Shown here: positions 39,566-51,993 of the stretch, piece after piece
How the letters are laid out: each line of letters starts with the position of its first letter
Numbering within the stretch: the first letter of the stretch is position 1
Assembly (NCBI RefSeq): GCF_023055435.1
Contig: NW_025963791.1
Span: forward strand, 43,090,001-43,154,000
Reading direction: 5' to 3'
Length of the DNA: 64,000 bases
Source: Haliotis rufescens
Lineage: Eukaryota
Made by a program: the position numbers and the translations under genes
Notes under the pieces: generated by a model
The model's database searches: none
What the model was told of the DNA's origin: nothing
The model's input: only the letters and a program-made list of their open reading frames with translations

Positions 39566-39872
39566 AATGGGGTTTTACGTCGTGTTCGGGATTATTGCAC
39601 TTATATCATCGACGTGCATGCACTTGTGTGTGTGGTTGCTTGTACCAGTTAATGACGGATTCATAGTACTATCCCACTCAGATACCATGCCGCAGTTTGA
39701 CATGAATACAACACTCAGAGAAAGTATGCTGACTCTGAGCCGACCAGTACTTGTTTTATCCCCTTAACGCCTATCGCCAGGGAGAAAATATTATTTTTAA
39801 CATCTTTCGGTACGGGGATCGAACCACCGATCTACCACTCTCTGGGCAGGCGGCCCATGCACCAGGCTACGT
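39566..39872 (-). mobile_element. Old degraded tRNA-derived SINE (fourth family)
   Basis: Remnant A box gtagcctggtg, B box ggttcgatccc, and a diverged version of the shared tail. Confidence 0.55.
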
Positions 39873-40154
39873 AAGCGATCTATCACCTGTGGCACAAAGA
39901 CAGACCTTCATTGGGCACCGTTAGTTTCGGACTGTACCATTAATGCATTCAGGGTGCTCGTTTTACACCTGCCAGGTGAGAATGCCAACATCTGTGTTTA
40001 TTCACTCAATACATAATTGGCCATGAAGTAAACTTATTCATGAATGAGACGATATTTGTGTTGTTTGGGAACGCGTATCTTTTTTTAGTGTCGTGGTTCA
40101 TAACATTTGATCGATTTGCCATTATTATATTCCTACGTATATCCTTCCACGTGC

Positions 40155-40393
40155 GACCTGTGAAGATCCGGGTTAGGATAGGTCTTCAGCAACCCACGCT
40201 AGTCGTTAGAGGCAACAGGCGGGACCGAGTGGTCAGGGGCGCTGACGTGGTTGATGCATGCCTTCGTGTCCCAATTTCATGGTTTGATGCTCATTATATC
40301 AATCACTGGATTGTGTGGTCTAGGCTTATTTACAGGCCGCCGTCACATAGCTGGAATATTGCTGAGTCCAGCGTTAAACAACAACAACAACAA
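40155..40393 (+). mobile_element. SINE-like family B, full length
   Basis: Starts gacctgtgaagatccgggttag; ends (aac)n. Confidence 0.85.
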
Positions 40394-40448
40394 CCTTTCC
40401 GGTGCGAGGGAAAAGGTGGGTGGAGCGGTGGCTGCATGTTCTACTTAC

Positions 40449-40607
40449 TATAACAGTCACTTTCCGCCGTCGAGGCGTTGTTGGAGGTGATGAAGCCAGT
40501 GGTACAGTTGATGCAGGACTCGGCCCCGGTGTTGGGCTGGTATGTTCCTACGTCACAGACGCTGCAGACAGTGCGGGAACTCCGATACTTCCCCGCGGAA
40601 CACACGA
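40449..40607 (-). CDS. Receptor repeat 15
   Basis: VCSAGKYRSSRTVCSVCDVGTYQPNTGAESCINC; phase 1-1. Confidence 0.9.
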
Positions 40608-40694
40608 CTGCAACAGCACATTGTGAACATCGTTTTGACATGGTCAGGATACCATTATTGTAAGTGACTTGAGTCTGGTTTACTAAATAATGCA

Positions 40695-42950
40695 CCGTGA
40701 CACTCTCCACGATGCTCTACCTGATAATGAAGCTCTACCCGATAATGACGCCCTACATGATAATGACGTTCTACATGATTATGACGCTTCAGGTGATAAT
40801 GACGCTCTACATGAAAACGACTCTCTTCATGATTATGACGCTCTACCTGTTAATGAAGCTCTACCTGATAATGACGCCCTACATGTGTACATGATAATGA
40901 CGCTCTACATGAAAACGACTCTCTTCATGATTATGACGCTCTACATGATAATGATGCTCTCAATGATAATGACGTTCTACCTTATTATAACGCCCTACAT
41001 GGTTATGACGCTCTTTATGATAATGATGCTCTACATGGGGATTACGCTCTATATGATAATGACGCTCTACACGAAAATGATGCTCTCCATGATAATGACA
41101 TTCTACATGATAATGACTCTCTTCATGATTATGACGCCATACATTATGATGATGCTCTACGTGGTAATGACGCTCTACACGAAAATGATGCTCCCCATGA
41201 TAATGACATTCTACATGATAATGACTCTCTTCATGATTATGACGCCATACATTATGATGATGCTCTACATGGTAATGACGCTTTACACGAAAATGATGCT
41301 CTCGATGATAATGACATTCTACATGATAATGACACTCTACCTGATTATGATGCCCTACATGATAATGACGCTCTACATGGTAATGACGCTCTACGTGGTA
41401 ATGGTGCTCTATATGATAATGACATTCTACATGATAATGACTCTCTTCATGGTTATGACGCCATACATTATGATGATGCTCTACGTGGTAATGACGCTTT
41501 ACACGAAAATGATGCTCTCCATGATAATGACATTCTACATGATAATGACGCTCTACCTGATAATGATACCCTACATGATAATGAAGCTCTACATGGTAAT
41601 GACGCTTCAGGTGATAATGACGCTCTACCTGATAATGATACCCTACATGATAATGATGCTCTACATGGTAATGACGCTTCAGGTGATAATGACGCTCTAC
41701 CTGATAATGATAATTTCTACATGATAATGACTCTCTTCATGATTAAGACGCCATACATTATGATGATGCTCTACATGGTAATGTGGCTCTATATAATAAT
41801 GATGCTCTACTTGATAATGACGCTCTATATGATAATGAAACTTAAAATGATAATGACTCTCTTCATGATTATGACGCCATACATCATCATGATGCTCCTT
41901 ATGGTAATAACATTCTACATGATAATGACGCTCTACCTGATTCTGATGCTCTACATGGTTATGGCGCTCTATATGATAATGATGCTCTGCATGGGGATTA
42001 CGCTCTATATGATTATGATGCTCTATACGATAATGATGCTCTCCATGATAATGACAATCACATGATAATGACACTCTACCTGATTATGATGCCCTACATG
42101 ATAATGACGCTCTACATGCTAATGACGCTCTACGTGGTAATGGTGCTCTATATGATAATGATGCTCTACATGATAATGACGCTCTATGTGATAATGACAC
42201 TTAACATGATAATGATGCTCTACATGGTAATGGCGCTCTATATGATAATGATGCTCTACATGATAATGACGCTCTATATAATAATGACGCTCTACATGAT
42301 AATGACACTCTATATAAAAATGACGCTCTATATGATAATGACACTTAACATGATAATGATGCTCTACATGGTAATGACGCTCTACATGATATTGACGGTC
42401 TATATGATTAGGAGGTTTAAGATGATAATGACGCGCTACCTGATAATGATATTCTACATGGGGATGAAGCCCTACATTATAATGACAGTCTACATGATTA
42501 TGATGCTCTACATGATTATGACGTTCTAGGTGGTAATGACCCTTTATATGATAATGACGCTCTTCATGACATTGTACAGTCATGATAATGATGCTCCTCA
42601 TGATAATGACATTCTACAAGAAATCGGCGCTCTAAATAATAATGACGCTGTGCAGGATACTGTCATGCTTCATGATAATGACACTCTGTATGATAATCAT
42701 GATACAGGATAATGGAATTATCTCTGTATGATAATCATGATACATGATAATGGCATTCTTCATAATAATGACACTTAACATGTTAATGTCGATTCCCGAC
42801 ATGGGTACAATGTGTGAAGCCCATTTCTTGTGTCCCCCGCGGTGATATCGCTGGAAAATTGCTAAAAGCGGCTTAAAACCATACTCAGTCAGTCAGTCAG
42901 TAACATGATAATGGCGCTCTACAGGATAATGACGCTCTCTGTGATAATAA
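40695..42950. repeat. Degenerate 18-bp minisatellite (catgataatgacgctcta)n, intronic
   Basis: Direct periodicity; interrupted by a SINE near 42790. Confidence 0.95.
42789..42900 (+). mobile_element. SINE family A, 5'-truncated
   Basis: B box through (agtc)n tail. Confidence 0.85.
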
Positions 42951-43004
42951 AACCACAGAAGGAATATGGCGGAACTTCTACTGGCGTATCTCTCTGACAC
43001 ATAC

Positions 43005-43163
43005 TTAAGCAATCTGTTGTCATATTTGATCCTGTCGCTTTTGTGGTAAATCCAGTGTCACATTTTGTACAGTTTGTCTGCCCTGACGCCGGCTGGTACT
43101 CCCCGACTGCACACATCTGGCAGGTGTTGTCCGCTGACCGGTACTGCCCAGCAGGACACACCG
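43005..43163 (-). CDS. Receptor repeat 14
   Basis: AVCPAGQYRSADNTCQMCAVGEYQPASGQTNCTKC; phase 1-1. Confidence 0.9.
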
Positions 43164-43469
43164 CTGAAATACACCAACAGCTGCTATAAGTCTCATCCTG
43201 TTTGTATAAATATCGACTTTGACTTTGACTCCATTATCATCCTGAAACAAAATTACTGAATACTGACTGTTTTACAGACGAACTGAAGGGTGGCTGGTCG
43301 AATTTAGTGCTGCTTTAAATAAAATTTCAGGATCACATCCCATAATCTACTAATACACGTGTGCACGTGCACATACACAACACACACACGCACGCACGCA
43401 CGCACTGAATGATTACTGTTCGTGGCCGATATATCAATTGTCATATCAACAAGGAATGTTTTACCTTTT

Positions 43470-43581
43470 TTGTTTGTTTGCTGTTTAACGCCATGAGCAT
43501 CGATCCATGCAATTGGGATACGATGACATGCATCAACCAAGTCAGCGAACCTGACCACCCGATCCGGTTAGCATGGGTTGC
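43470..43581 (-). mobile_element. SINE-like family B, deleted copy
   Basis: Similarity to 31800-32070. Confidence 0.7.
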
Positions 43582-43695
43582 GCAACCGTTCGAGATTATA
43601 GATGGTAAGAAGTAGCTCACTCCTCTCACTCTCACAACTATTGGTCAGTTCAGGCATATGCAGTTAAGCCAATTGCCATTTTATAGAACCCTTAC

Positions 43696-43857
43696 CAAGA
43701 GAACAGGCGCTCTGGTTTGTGGAAGCTTCTGCTTGTGTGGTCTTGTCAGCATCACACTTGGTGCAGTTCTCCGTTCCAACACTGGCCTTGTAGTAACCTT
43801 TAGGACACGCTGTGCACGTCTCTGTATTATGGGCGAAGAATCCCGGCTCACAGTTCA
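43696..43857 (-). CDS. Receptor repeat 13
   Basis: NCEPGFFAHNTETCTACPKGYYKASVGTENCTKC; phase 1-1. Confidence 0.9.
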
Positions 43858-44795
43858 CTGGAATATAACAGAGCTCTCATACTATAGGGTAAGAAATACA
43901 ACATATACACCGTAGCGTATGTCCACCTTCACGTGAATGGTACGTATTGCGAAATATAACGCTTTATATCTACAGGCCAGGAACAAAGGAATGAATAATT
44001 GTATGTGGTGTAAAGGTAAAAAATAACAAGAAATAAAAAAGCGATAATGCCCCCTGATAAACTGGTACATTCGACCAAGCAAGACCGAAAGCAGTTCAGA
44101 ATGCACAAGCAACTAAGAAATGCATAAAAGACAATTAAATACATTTAAGTTCACATAGAAATTTAATTCATTCAAAGACCTTTATGAATCACCACCCTCC
44201 CTTTGAGAAATGGTGATTATTTGTTGAAAGATGCTGCTGATGGTTTTAAGTTTATCGTTTCAGCTGACAACACAATGTCTAAAAGATATTTATGACGATA
44301 CACCTCGTTTGATAAAGAAATGTTCCTTTTTGAAGGTTTGTGAGTAAACGACAATGCTCTTTTCTGATAAGATTTCTAATAACTTATATTCCCGGACAAA
44401 GGCTAGTTCTATACTAACCAAAAAAACAGAAATGACAATATCTCTGATAACTAGAGGTGTATATCACCACCAGGAATTCTCGGCAACGTTATACACAATG
44501 TCGTAGGGTGAATACCACCATTCTGAGCACAAAGCACTAAAAATACCTGAAGGTTTAACACAACTTTATGTGATCACTGACCATATGTCCAACGTTCAGC
44601 AGTTATACAAAATGGTATAATAAATTAAACTAAATTACATGTTGCAATATGCAATATGTCTCTGATCTGGTTAAGTTCAATGAGCTGTGTGTCACTGTGA
44701 GGTTAAATTCAGCAATTAATAGCATAAACAATTAACTATAATTATTGTTATTTCCTTGTACATGCACGCTACAATGTATAGTCGAAACTACCTAC

Positions 44796-44960
44796 ATATG
44801 TTACAGTCTGCTGAGTCTGTGGCATTGGTGCCTGCAGTGGTGTAGTTCATGGGACACGGCGTGCAGGCAGTATTGCCCCTGGTGTCCTTGTAGAGCCCCT
44901 CGGGACAGACAGTGCACGTCTTCGCAGCCGCGTCATAACCAACGCCAACGTCACAGAACG
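44796..44960 (-). CDS. Receptor repeat 12
   Basis: FCDVGVGYDAAAKTCTVCPEGLYKDTRGNTACTPCP; phase 1-1. Confidence 0.9.
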
Positions 44961-45164
44961 CTGAAACATGACGGTGCAGTTGTGTCAAAATTACCGTTAG
45001 GGTAGTACCCAATACATTATAGAAAATCCTTCTTGTACACAGAATGTGTTTGTTGTTGTAAGACTGTTGGCATAATCAGCTTCTTTTTTTAATCTCCGGA
45101 TTTTCTAGTATCAATTGTCATATACTTACTGACATTACAGAATATGCACAGTGTTACAGAATTG

Positions 45165-45907
45165 ACACTCAGGAGTTTCTGTAACACTGAAGCTGACGTA
45201 TCTGGGATCTCCTACTTACTGACACTACAGGAGATTATGTTACACTGACGTATCTGGGATCTCCTACTTACTGACACTACAGGAGTTTCTGTAACACTGA
45301 CGTATCTTGGATCTCCTACCTACTGACACTACAGGAGATTATGTTACACTGAAGTATCTGGGATCTCCTACTTACTGACACCACAGGAGATTATGTTACA
45401 CTGACGTATCTGGGATCTCCTACTTACTGACACTACAGGAGATTATGTTACACTGACGTATCTGGGATCTCCTACTTACAGACACTACAGGACATTCTGT
45501 AACACTGACGTATCTGGGATCTCCTACTTACTGACACTACAGGAGTTTCTGTAACACTGGCGTATCTGGGATCTCCTACTTACTGACACTACAGGAGATT
45601 CTGTAACACTGGCGTATCTGGGATCTCCTACTTACTGACACTACAGGAGTTTCTGTAACACTGACGTATCTTGGATCTCCTACCTACTGACACTACAGGA
45701 GATTATGTTACACTGAAGTATCTGGGATCTCCTACCTACTGACACTACAGGACATTCTGTAACACTGGCGTATCTGGGATCTCCTACTTACTGACACTAC
45801 AGGAGTTTCTGTAACACTGACGTATCTGGGATCTCCTACTTACTGACACTACAGGAGATTATGTTACACTGAAGTATCTCGGATCTCCTACTTACTGACA
45901 CTACAGG
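45165..45907. repeat. 52-bp minisatellite (14 units) containing the repeat-11 exon end plus splice donor
   Basis: Unit ctcctacttac|tgacactacaggagattatgttacactgacgtatctgggat. Confidence 0.95.
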
Positions 45908-46042
45908 TGATTCTCGCTGCGTCTGACGTCTTGCTGCCTGAACATGGGGTGCACACAGCAAATCCGGCCTCGTCTTTAAACGTGTCTTCAGGACAAGGGG
46001 AGCATACGTTATTCTGACCCTGTTTTCCAGGAGCACAAGAAA
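45896..46042 (-). CDS. Receptor repeat 11
   Basis: ISCAPGKQGQNNVCSPCPEDTFKDEAGFAVCTPCSGSKTSDAARITCSV; phase 1-1. Confidence 0.88.
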
Positions 46043-46465
46043 CTGTAAAAGATGTGGAGTTTAAACTACAACATATAATAAGACAGACGACAACAACTTA
46101 ATCAGATGCATATATTTCCAGAAGGCCATATTTCGGATAACAACTTAACCTGTTGGAAAACCTGAAGCAAAACATCGCTGTCTGTTTCCAACCCTGATTC
46201 CTGGATTCAAAAACGCATTACGTGCCTTATGAACGACATTCAACTGTGACAAATACTTAACATTCTTGAGTGTACTGTCAAGTGCCTGGACTTATTGATA
46301 CTATTTAGACTCTTGGCTTTGCCGGTGTTCAGTTAAAAAAGTCAACACATAACAAAACACTGACCTGGTTTGAACCATATTTTACAGTTGATGGCACTAT
46401 ATTTGTACACTGACCTAGTCTGTATTAGGTTTAAGAGTGGATGTTTTAATCGAATGCCCACTTAC

Positions 46466-46621
46466 TTGTGCACTGAGCTCTGGAAGTGGAGGCAGTTGAA
46501 GACGTATTCAGATCGACGCCACAACTTTCACATTTGACCTGTGCCCGAAGTGGTTGATACTCTCCATATCCACATGGCTCGCAGGCACTGCCACCAATTT
46601 TGTACCCAGGCTGACAGTTTC
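46466..46621 (-). CDS. Receptor repeat 10
   Basis: NCQPGYKIGGSACEPCGYGEYQPLRAQVKCESC; phase 1-1. Confidence 0.9.
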
Positions 46622-46752
46622 CTAAAGTTATTAATTACAACAATTATTCTTACAGAAAAACAACTGATGGGTAAATTCCATATAAATTAATGTAAATAAT
46701 TGATATATTTATTACGTACAGCCGGCTAAGATCGTTATGAAAATGGACTTAC

Positions 46753-46923
46753 TTAGTGTGCACTGTGTAGCATCGGTGGCACCAGTTGTTTCTGTGGTAA
46801 AATCAGCATTAGAACACGACTCACAGGCCGAAAACCTCCTCTGGGATGATCCATCGTTCCAGGTCCCTCTAGGACATGGCTCACATTGAGTGCCATTGAC
46901 CTGCTGGCCCGCAGCACAGAATG
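46753..46923 (-). CDS. Receptor repeat 9
   Basis: FCAAGQQVNGTQCEPCPRGTWNDGSSQRRFSACESC; AAG acceptor; phase 1-1. Confidence 0.85.
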   Translation of the reverse strand, partial: HSVLRASRSMALNVSHVLEGPGTMDHPRGGFRPVSRVLMLILPQKQLVPPMLHSAH

Positions 46924-47034
46924 CTTATGGAATAAACATATGATCGTTAAGAACGTCCACCTCACCAAGCATTCACATACATGGCTTTGTCGGCTGTATT
47001 TGTAGCGGACTCTTGCTGATAAGATTAGAATATA

Positions 47035-47180
47035 CACTGAGGGAAACAAATAAGGGAACACATGAAAATACAAGTGCTCCTTTATTGTTCCCAGGCTAGG
47101 GATGTCAATGTGGGTAAAAATCGGGGAATAAACATAGGGACACTTTAATGAAATGGTGTTCCCTTATTTGTTTCCCGCGG
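47035..47180. mobile_element. Short Tc1-type MITE
   Basis: Inverted gggaaacaaataagggaacac / gtgttcccttatttgtttccc; TA flanks. Confidence 0.7.
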
Positions 47181-47208
47181 TATATCTGTTTGTGGTCTCT
47201 ACGTACGA

Positions 47209-47368
47209 GGGGCGGTCAAGTAGCCTTATAGTTAAAGCGTTCGCCCGTCACGCCGAAGACCCGGGTTCGATTCCCGAAAAGGGTACAATGTGTGAAGCCA
47301 ATTTCTGGTGTCCCCCGCCGTGATATTGCTGGAATATTGCTAAAAGCGGCGTAAAACAAACTCACTCA
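47209..47368 (+). mobile_element. SINE family A inserted at a splice donor, TSD ctctac(g/t)tacga
   Basis: TSDs 47197-47208 and 47369-47380. Confidence 0.9.
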
Positions 47369-47378
47369 CTCTACTTAC

Positions 47379-47549
47379 GAAGACAGGCGGAACTATTTCC
47401 ACTTTGGGGCTGCTTTGTGCCTTGGTTTGTGGAGCAGTTTAGACACTGCGTTGTGGTTCTGGGAAGCTCCTCTGGTTGATATGTGTCTACAGGGCAGTCC
47501 ACACATCCCAACATGTTACTTGTCAGCTTCTGTCCAGCAGTGCATACCT
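47379..47549 (-). CDS. Receptor repeat 8
   Basis: VCTAGQKLTSNMLGCVDCPVDTYQPEELPRTTTQCLNC; phase 1-1. Confidence 0.9.
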
Positions 47550-47800
47550 CTATTGTAACAAACATTGTAACAACATTGACTGCACAAGTAGAGAATCTTG
47601 ACGTATTGAGAATGTTTTTTTATATCAAATATATCAAACCGAGTTGATAAGACTGGAAAAACTCCAGATTGCCAAGGAGTGTTCATCGGCGAGTGTTTAT
47701 CAACGAGTTACGAGGGTTTGTCAAAAGACAAGAGGTGATATTTTATTTATTATCCAACATCATTCTTCCAACTTTTTCAGTTTGAAGACAGTAAAAAGAA

Positions 47801-49237
47801 GGGATTATATTTTCGAAACGATCTTAGCTACGATTAATCTTAACAACTGACGTTCAAAGTTTAGACATCTGAAATTTAAGATAAGATAGATTTTCGAAAC
47901 AATCGTAAACCTGTTGCAGATGGCAGAATGATACCATAGCTATCGTAACTCTGACAGAAAATTAAGTAGAGCTAATAAACTGATTTCATTTAATCTGGCT
48001 GAGGAGCGAAATACATTGTAAATGTGTCAAATCTATTCCAGAACGTAGTTCGATGATGTTTAGCTTGTCTGACAGCATTGCTGAGGATCATTTACCATTA
48101 TTTGTCCATTTGTTAAAGATGTCTATTATATATTGATCAGTAAATTTAATTCAGCAAACGTTTTCTGCGAACATATATTTGAAAGTGAATTTTGGACGAT
48201 GTTCAAACTGTTCTACTTTTTGACGATATTTTAAACACGACCGAGCATGGTAACCCATTTTTTATTTGATTTTGATACGAAAATCTGTGCTTAACTTTTG
48301 CTGTCAAAATTTCATTAAATTGTTATATTTAATGGAATACAGCTATGTGCCTTTAATCCCCTGTTTTTGAAGAATGCAATTGTTGAACAGACAGTTTTTA
48401 CTCACTTCTTATCAAATATGTGTCGTTCAATAGTATAGATAACCTAGGTATTAAAACGAAACAAAATACAATTACTTTTGCATTAAAAATATTAAATATA
48501 CCATCCAAATATTTTGATCACAAGAATTTTCATGTTAAGTCAATAAATACTACACTGTATAGTTAAATTCAATTGTTAAAACCGCTCGACCCACAAAATT
48601 TTAGATGTAAAAACTGATGCGAAACATTTATGTTTTTTTACATATGTAGATTGATATAATTTTATAAATTGTGAAAATAAAGACTAAAGCAGTAACACAA
48701 ATGCGATTTAGACAATATAACTGGGGAACTCTGCGCTTTATCAAACCTTTCATATTTAGCAAAGTCTCGAGTAGAGTATGAACTAAGATTACCTGGCCCT
48801 GAGTTATCAATAAGGTCACGGTCATTACTACTGTCTACCGACACCTTCCATTTTTATCCTTCCCAAATTATCCTAAAGGTACGTTGTTTCACACTCCATA
48901 GTTATGTGGATCGCTGTCGCGATTAAGAACACATCTGATGTGAAATCATTGATGGGTTCTTCGTGTTTTCGAAGCGTCAGTTTGAATCACCCAGTTTAAC
49001 AAAATGAAATGTCAATGTTTGACCGTAAAGCAGACTTCTTGTTTCGCAAAATGTCTATGGCAAAGTATGCCGCCATCTTGGATAAAATAAACTTACGACA
49101 GGTATGGGGCTGTCTTAGATTTACACAGATATCTCAGAGCTACGATAGTTTCGAAAATAGGCTACGATAGCCTACGATGTCCTTACGGTAGCTTTACGAT
49201 AACTTTAGGGCAACGATCGTTTCGAAATTGTAGGCCC
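47801..49237. mobile_element. Non-autonomous TIR DNA transposon (PIF/Harbinger-like termini)
   Basis: Imperfect TIR ggg..tttcgaaacgatc / gatcgtttcgaaa..ggccc with subterminal tacgat repeats. Confidence 0.5.
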
Positions 49238-50014
49238 AGTGTAAAAAGCACTGGTAACAGCTTCAGTTGCAGAGCAATAAGTGATGTCATTTGATTGAAA
49301 TGGTAACCAATGATGTCACAATGGTTTTCAAAGCATCTACAATGTAGATATCGCTTGATCTCACCCAAGTGATATCTCCTGTGGGAGCCAGTTTTTGATG
49401 ATAAATTCTGTTCACATTTGTTTTCTATATAGCTCTAATTGCTTAACCCTTGCGATGAAAGGATCACTGTGAATCATGTCTTGGTTGTCGCGAGGGATAG
49501 TTATTATCGTTTAGAATGTTTTACTAATGTCAGTGCTTGTTTAAGTCTTGCTTTTTAAAGATATCTGATACATTTTGAACATTTTGAATTGTTTTAGAAC
49601 AGTGTAATATTATTATCAACTGAGAGTTTGAAGCCGGTGCCATTCAGGCTGTTACGGTAGTGTGAAATTATTGTCCCTCAGATAGTGGCCAACTGGTGAC
49701 CAAAGTGACAGCATAAATCCTGCTGGGGAATCATATGGAGAACAGAAGCACCGTTAGTTCCATGATGCCCACTAAGGTTTGTTTCGCTAGTAGTCTACAC
49801 ATACTAACTAACCTACAGAAAAATGAATTTTCTTTATTTTGATCTGGTTTATTTTATACCTAAACTATGATACGTATCTTTCTTTTTACTGTTTTTGGTA
49901 TTTAAAAATAATTAACTTATCTAATCGCTTTTTGGCAGTAATAGTGCCGATGAGAGGTAAGTTTTTTTTAACTCATTCACTCAATTGCTTGAAAGGTTAA
50001 AACAGAAAACTTAC

Positions 50015-50194
50015 TAATTTTACAATCCTCTGGAAATTTAGAGCCAACGTCGTCTGTTGATTTTGTGCTATCAGCACATGCTTGACAGGTCTTAAATCTT
50101 AGTAGGTCTGTGTTGGAGCGGTAAGTTCCTCGGGAACAGGGCGTACAGTTCTTGGTGCCAGGTGTTTTCTGTTCTTTGCCATCTGGGCAGAAGA
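50015..50194 (-). CDS. Receptor repeat 7
   Basis: FFCPDGKEQKTPGTKNCTPCSRGTYRSNTDLLRFKTCQAC; phase 1-1. Confidence 0.9.
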
Positions 50195-50536
50195 CTGCAA
50201 AAAATACCCAAAGGCATGGTCTTCTTTAATTTACTTTGGTAAGGAAATTAGCATGGGTAAATGTTTGGCAGAAGTAAATTCTTACTGGTACAATGGTCAT
50301 CGGAAACTGAAAGAATATTGGATTCGCAATACGCTCGGCCCTATCAATAGAGTTGATATGCGAGAAAGAAATGCACCATTGCGACAATTGCGCCTACAAA
50401 TGTTCTATATTTGGATTGACTCGCGTTGCTCAGGTACCTAACATCCCGTTCGCAAAGACAGAGTTTTGGAACTCTCAAGTGCCATATGATTAAGTGTTAC
50501 CATTGATTTGATGAGTATTCATAACTGTCAACTCAC

Positions 50537-50698
50537 AGATGCATTCAGTGGCGTTGATGGTTCCAGTGCTCTTGGTACTGTAGCTGGTATTGCATGATAG
50601 ACACTGTTCCTGGAGATCCAAAGGTTGATATTCCCCAATAGGACATTGGTAGCACATATTGTCAGTCGTGTTCCTGTAGTTTCCTGCTGTGCATATCC
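50537..50698 (-). CDS. Receptor repeat 6
   Basis: ICTAGNYRNTTDNMCYQCPIGEYQPLDLQEQCLSC; phase 1-1. Confidence 0.88.
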
Positions 50699-51816
50699 CT
50701 GTTCACAGTATGGACATAAATAATTGGATTTTATATAGTCTGAAACAAAACTAAATAAGCTACTTGTCAATGTTGAAGATACCATTTAGGCAAATATACA
50801 AAATGAACATGTTTGGAGCCAGTAAAACATATCAAGTCATATATGGAAGGTTGTGAACATTTGACTTGCCTTTGCACGAGTTTGTGACAGATGCCACCGG
50901 TGGGGCAGGATACGCTCATCATTTCGCTAACACATGCCATCATCATTATTTGATAGTTAGCCATCAACACATGCTAATGCTTTTGTCGGAATCGTACAAT
51001 GTACTTTGAAGATTGCTTATTACTTTGGAAAGGCTTTTTGTAATAAAAAGATGTAAAGAAATTCAGAGTGGCGTTAGCCCGACTCATATGCAACTTTCCC
51101 GATCTTCTTATTGAATCTGGTTGACACAGCAGAATTTAAAGAGAAGACAGAATCTGTTTACTGTGTAGTTGTAATAACATAGAAGATATCATATATCATT
51201 TTTTACTTGTTTGTTTCAAATTTTATGTTGACATTAGAAACGATTAATCAAGATCTATTTTCTCAAGGATCCTCACTTGCACAAATGTTACTCAGTAATG
51301 AAAACTAAAACTACTGTCACAGTAAACAACTTTATATATTCATATTCCCTGCCATGAATCTTAGAAAGCATGCGCTTACTTAACGACTTGATGTAATTTG
51401 ACAGTTATCTTTGCTATTTATGTATCTTCTATTGCATACATGTACAATACTACTTTGTATACATGTCCTATATGCCCACGACTTTCTCAGAATTTAGAAA
51501 TAAAGATTGATATATTGAGAGGGGTTTGTATCTTTCATTTGATGAGATGAGTCCATGTGATGAGGAACTAACTGGATAGCTGTTACGTCATGCTACCATG
51601 AAACAATGTGATCACTTGATATACAGCGACCCTTACCATTTTAAAGCTCACTACATTATTCTTAACAGGTGGCTCTATCTGATGTTAATCTTGGCAAAGA
51701 CATCACACAATTCCGGTCAACCCTTACACATAGTACTATTGATTTGAATGAACTTATTGAAGTAAATACAACAAGGATGCCGGTCTACTGATGATCAGAT
51801 ATATCAAAGTTCTTAC

Positions 51817-51993
51817 TGATGGAACAGTCGGTTATATTTGTAGATCCATCCGTCTGGGTGGTGAATCCAGTATCGCATGCTTGACATGGTAGGAATCTCA
51901 GAGGCATAGTGTTATCTCTGTATTTGCCTCTTGGACAAAGTGAACATGTTTTGGAACCTACTGGAGACTCTTCACGTCCTTCTTGACAAAAGA
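51817..51993 (-). CDS. Receptor repeat 5
   Basis: FCQEGREESPVGSKTCSLCPRGKYRDNTMPLRFLPCQAC; phase 1-1. Confidence 0.9.

Noticed and set aside
28165-45907. Regular repeats as CRISPR arrays
   Set aside because: Eukaryotic context, no unique spacers, no cas genes
50699-50739. Upstream tttcag acceptor for repeat 6
   Set aside because: Gives a 203-nt frameshifting exon; the acceptor at 50698 restores frame and Cys pattern
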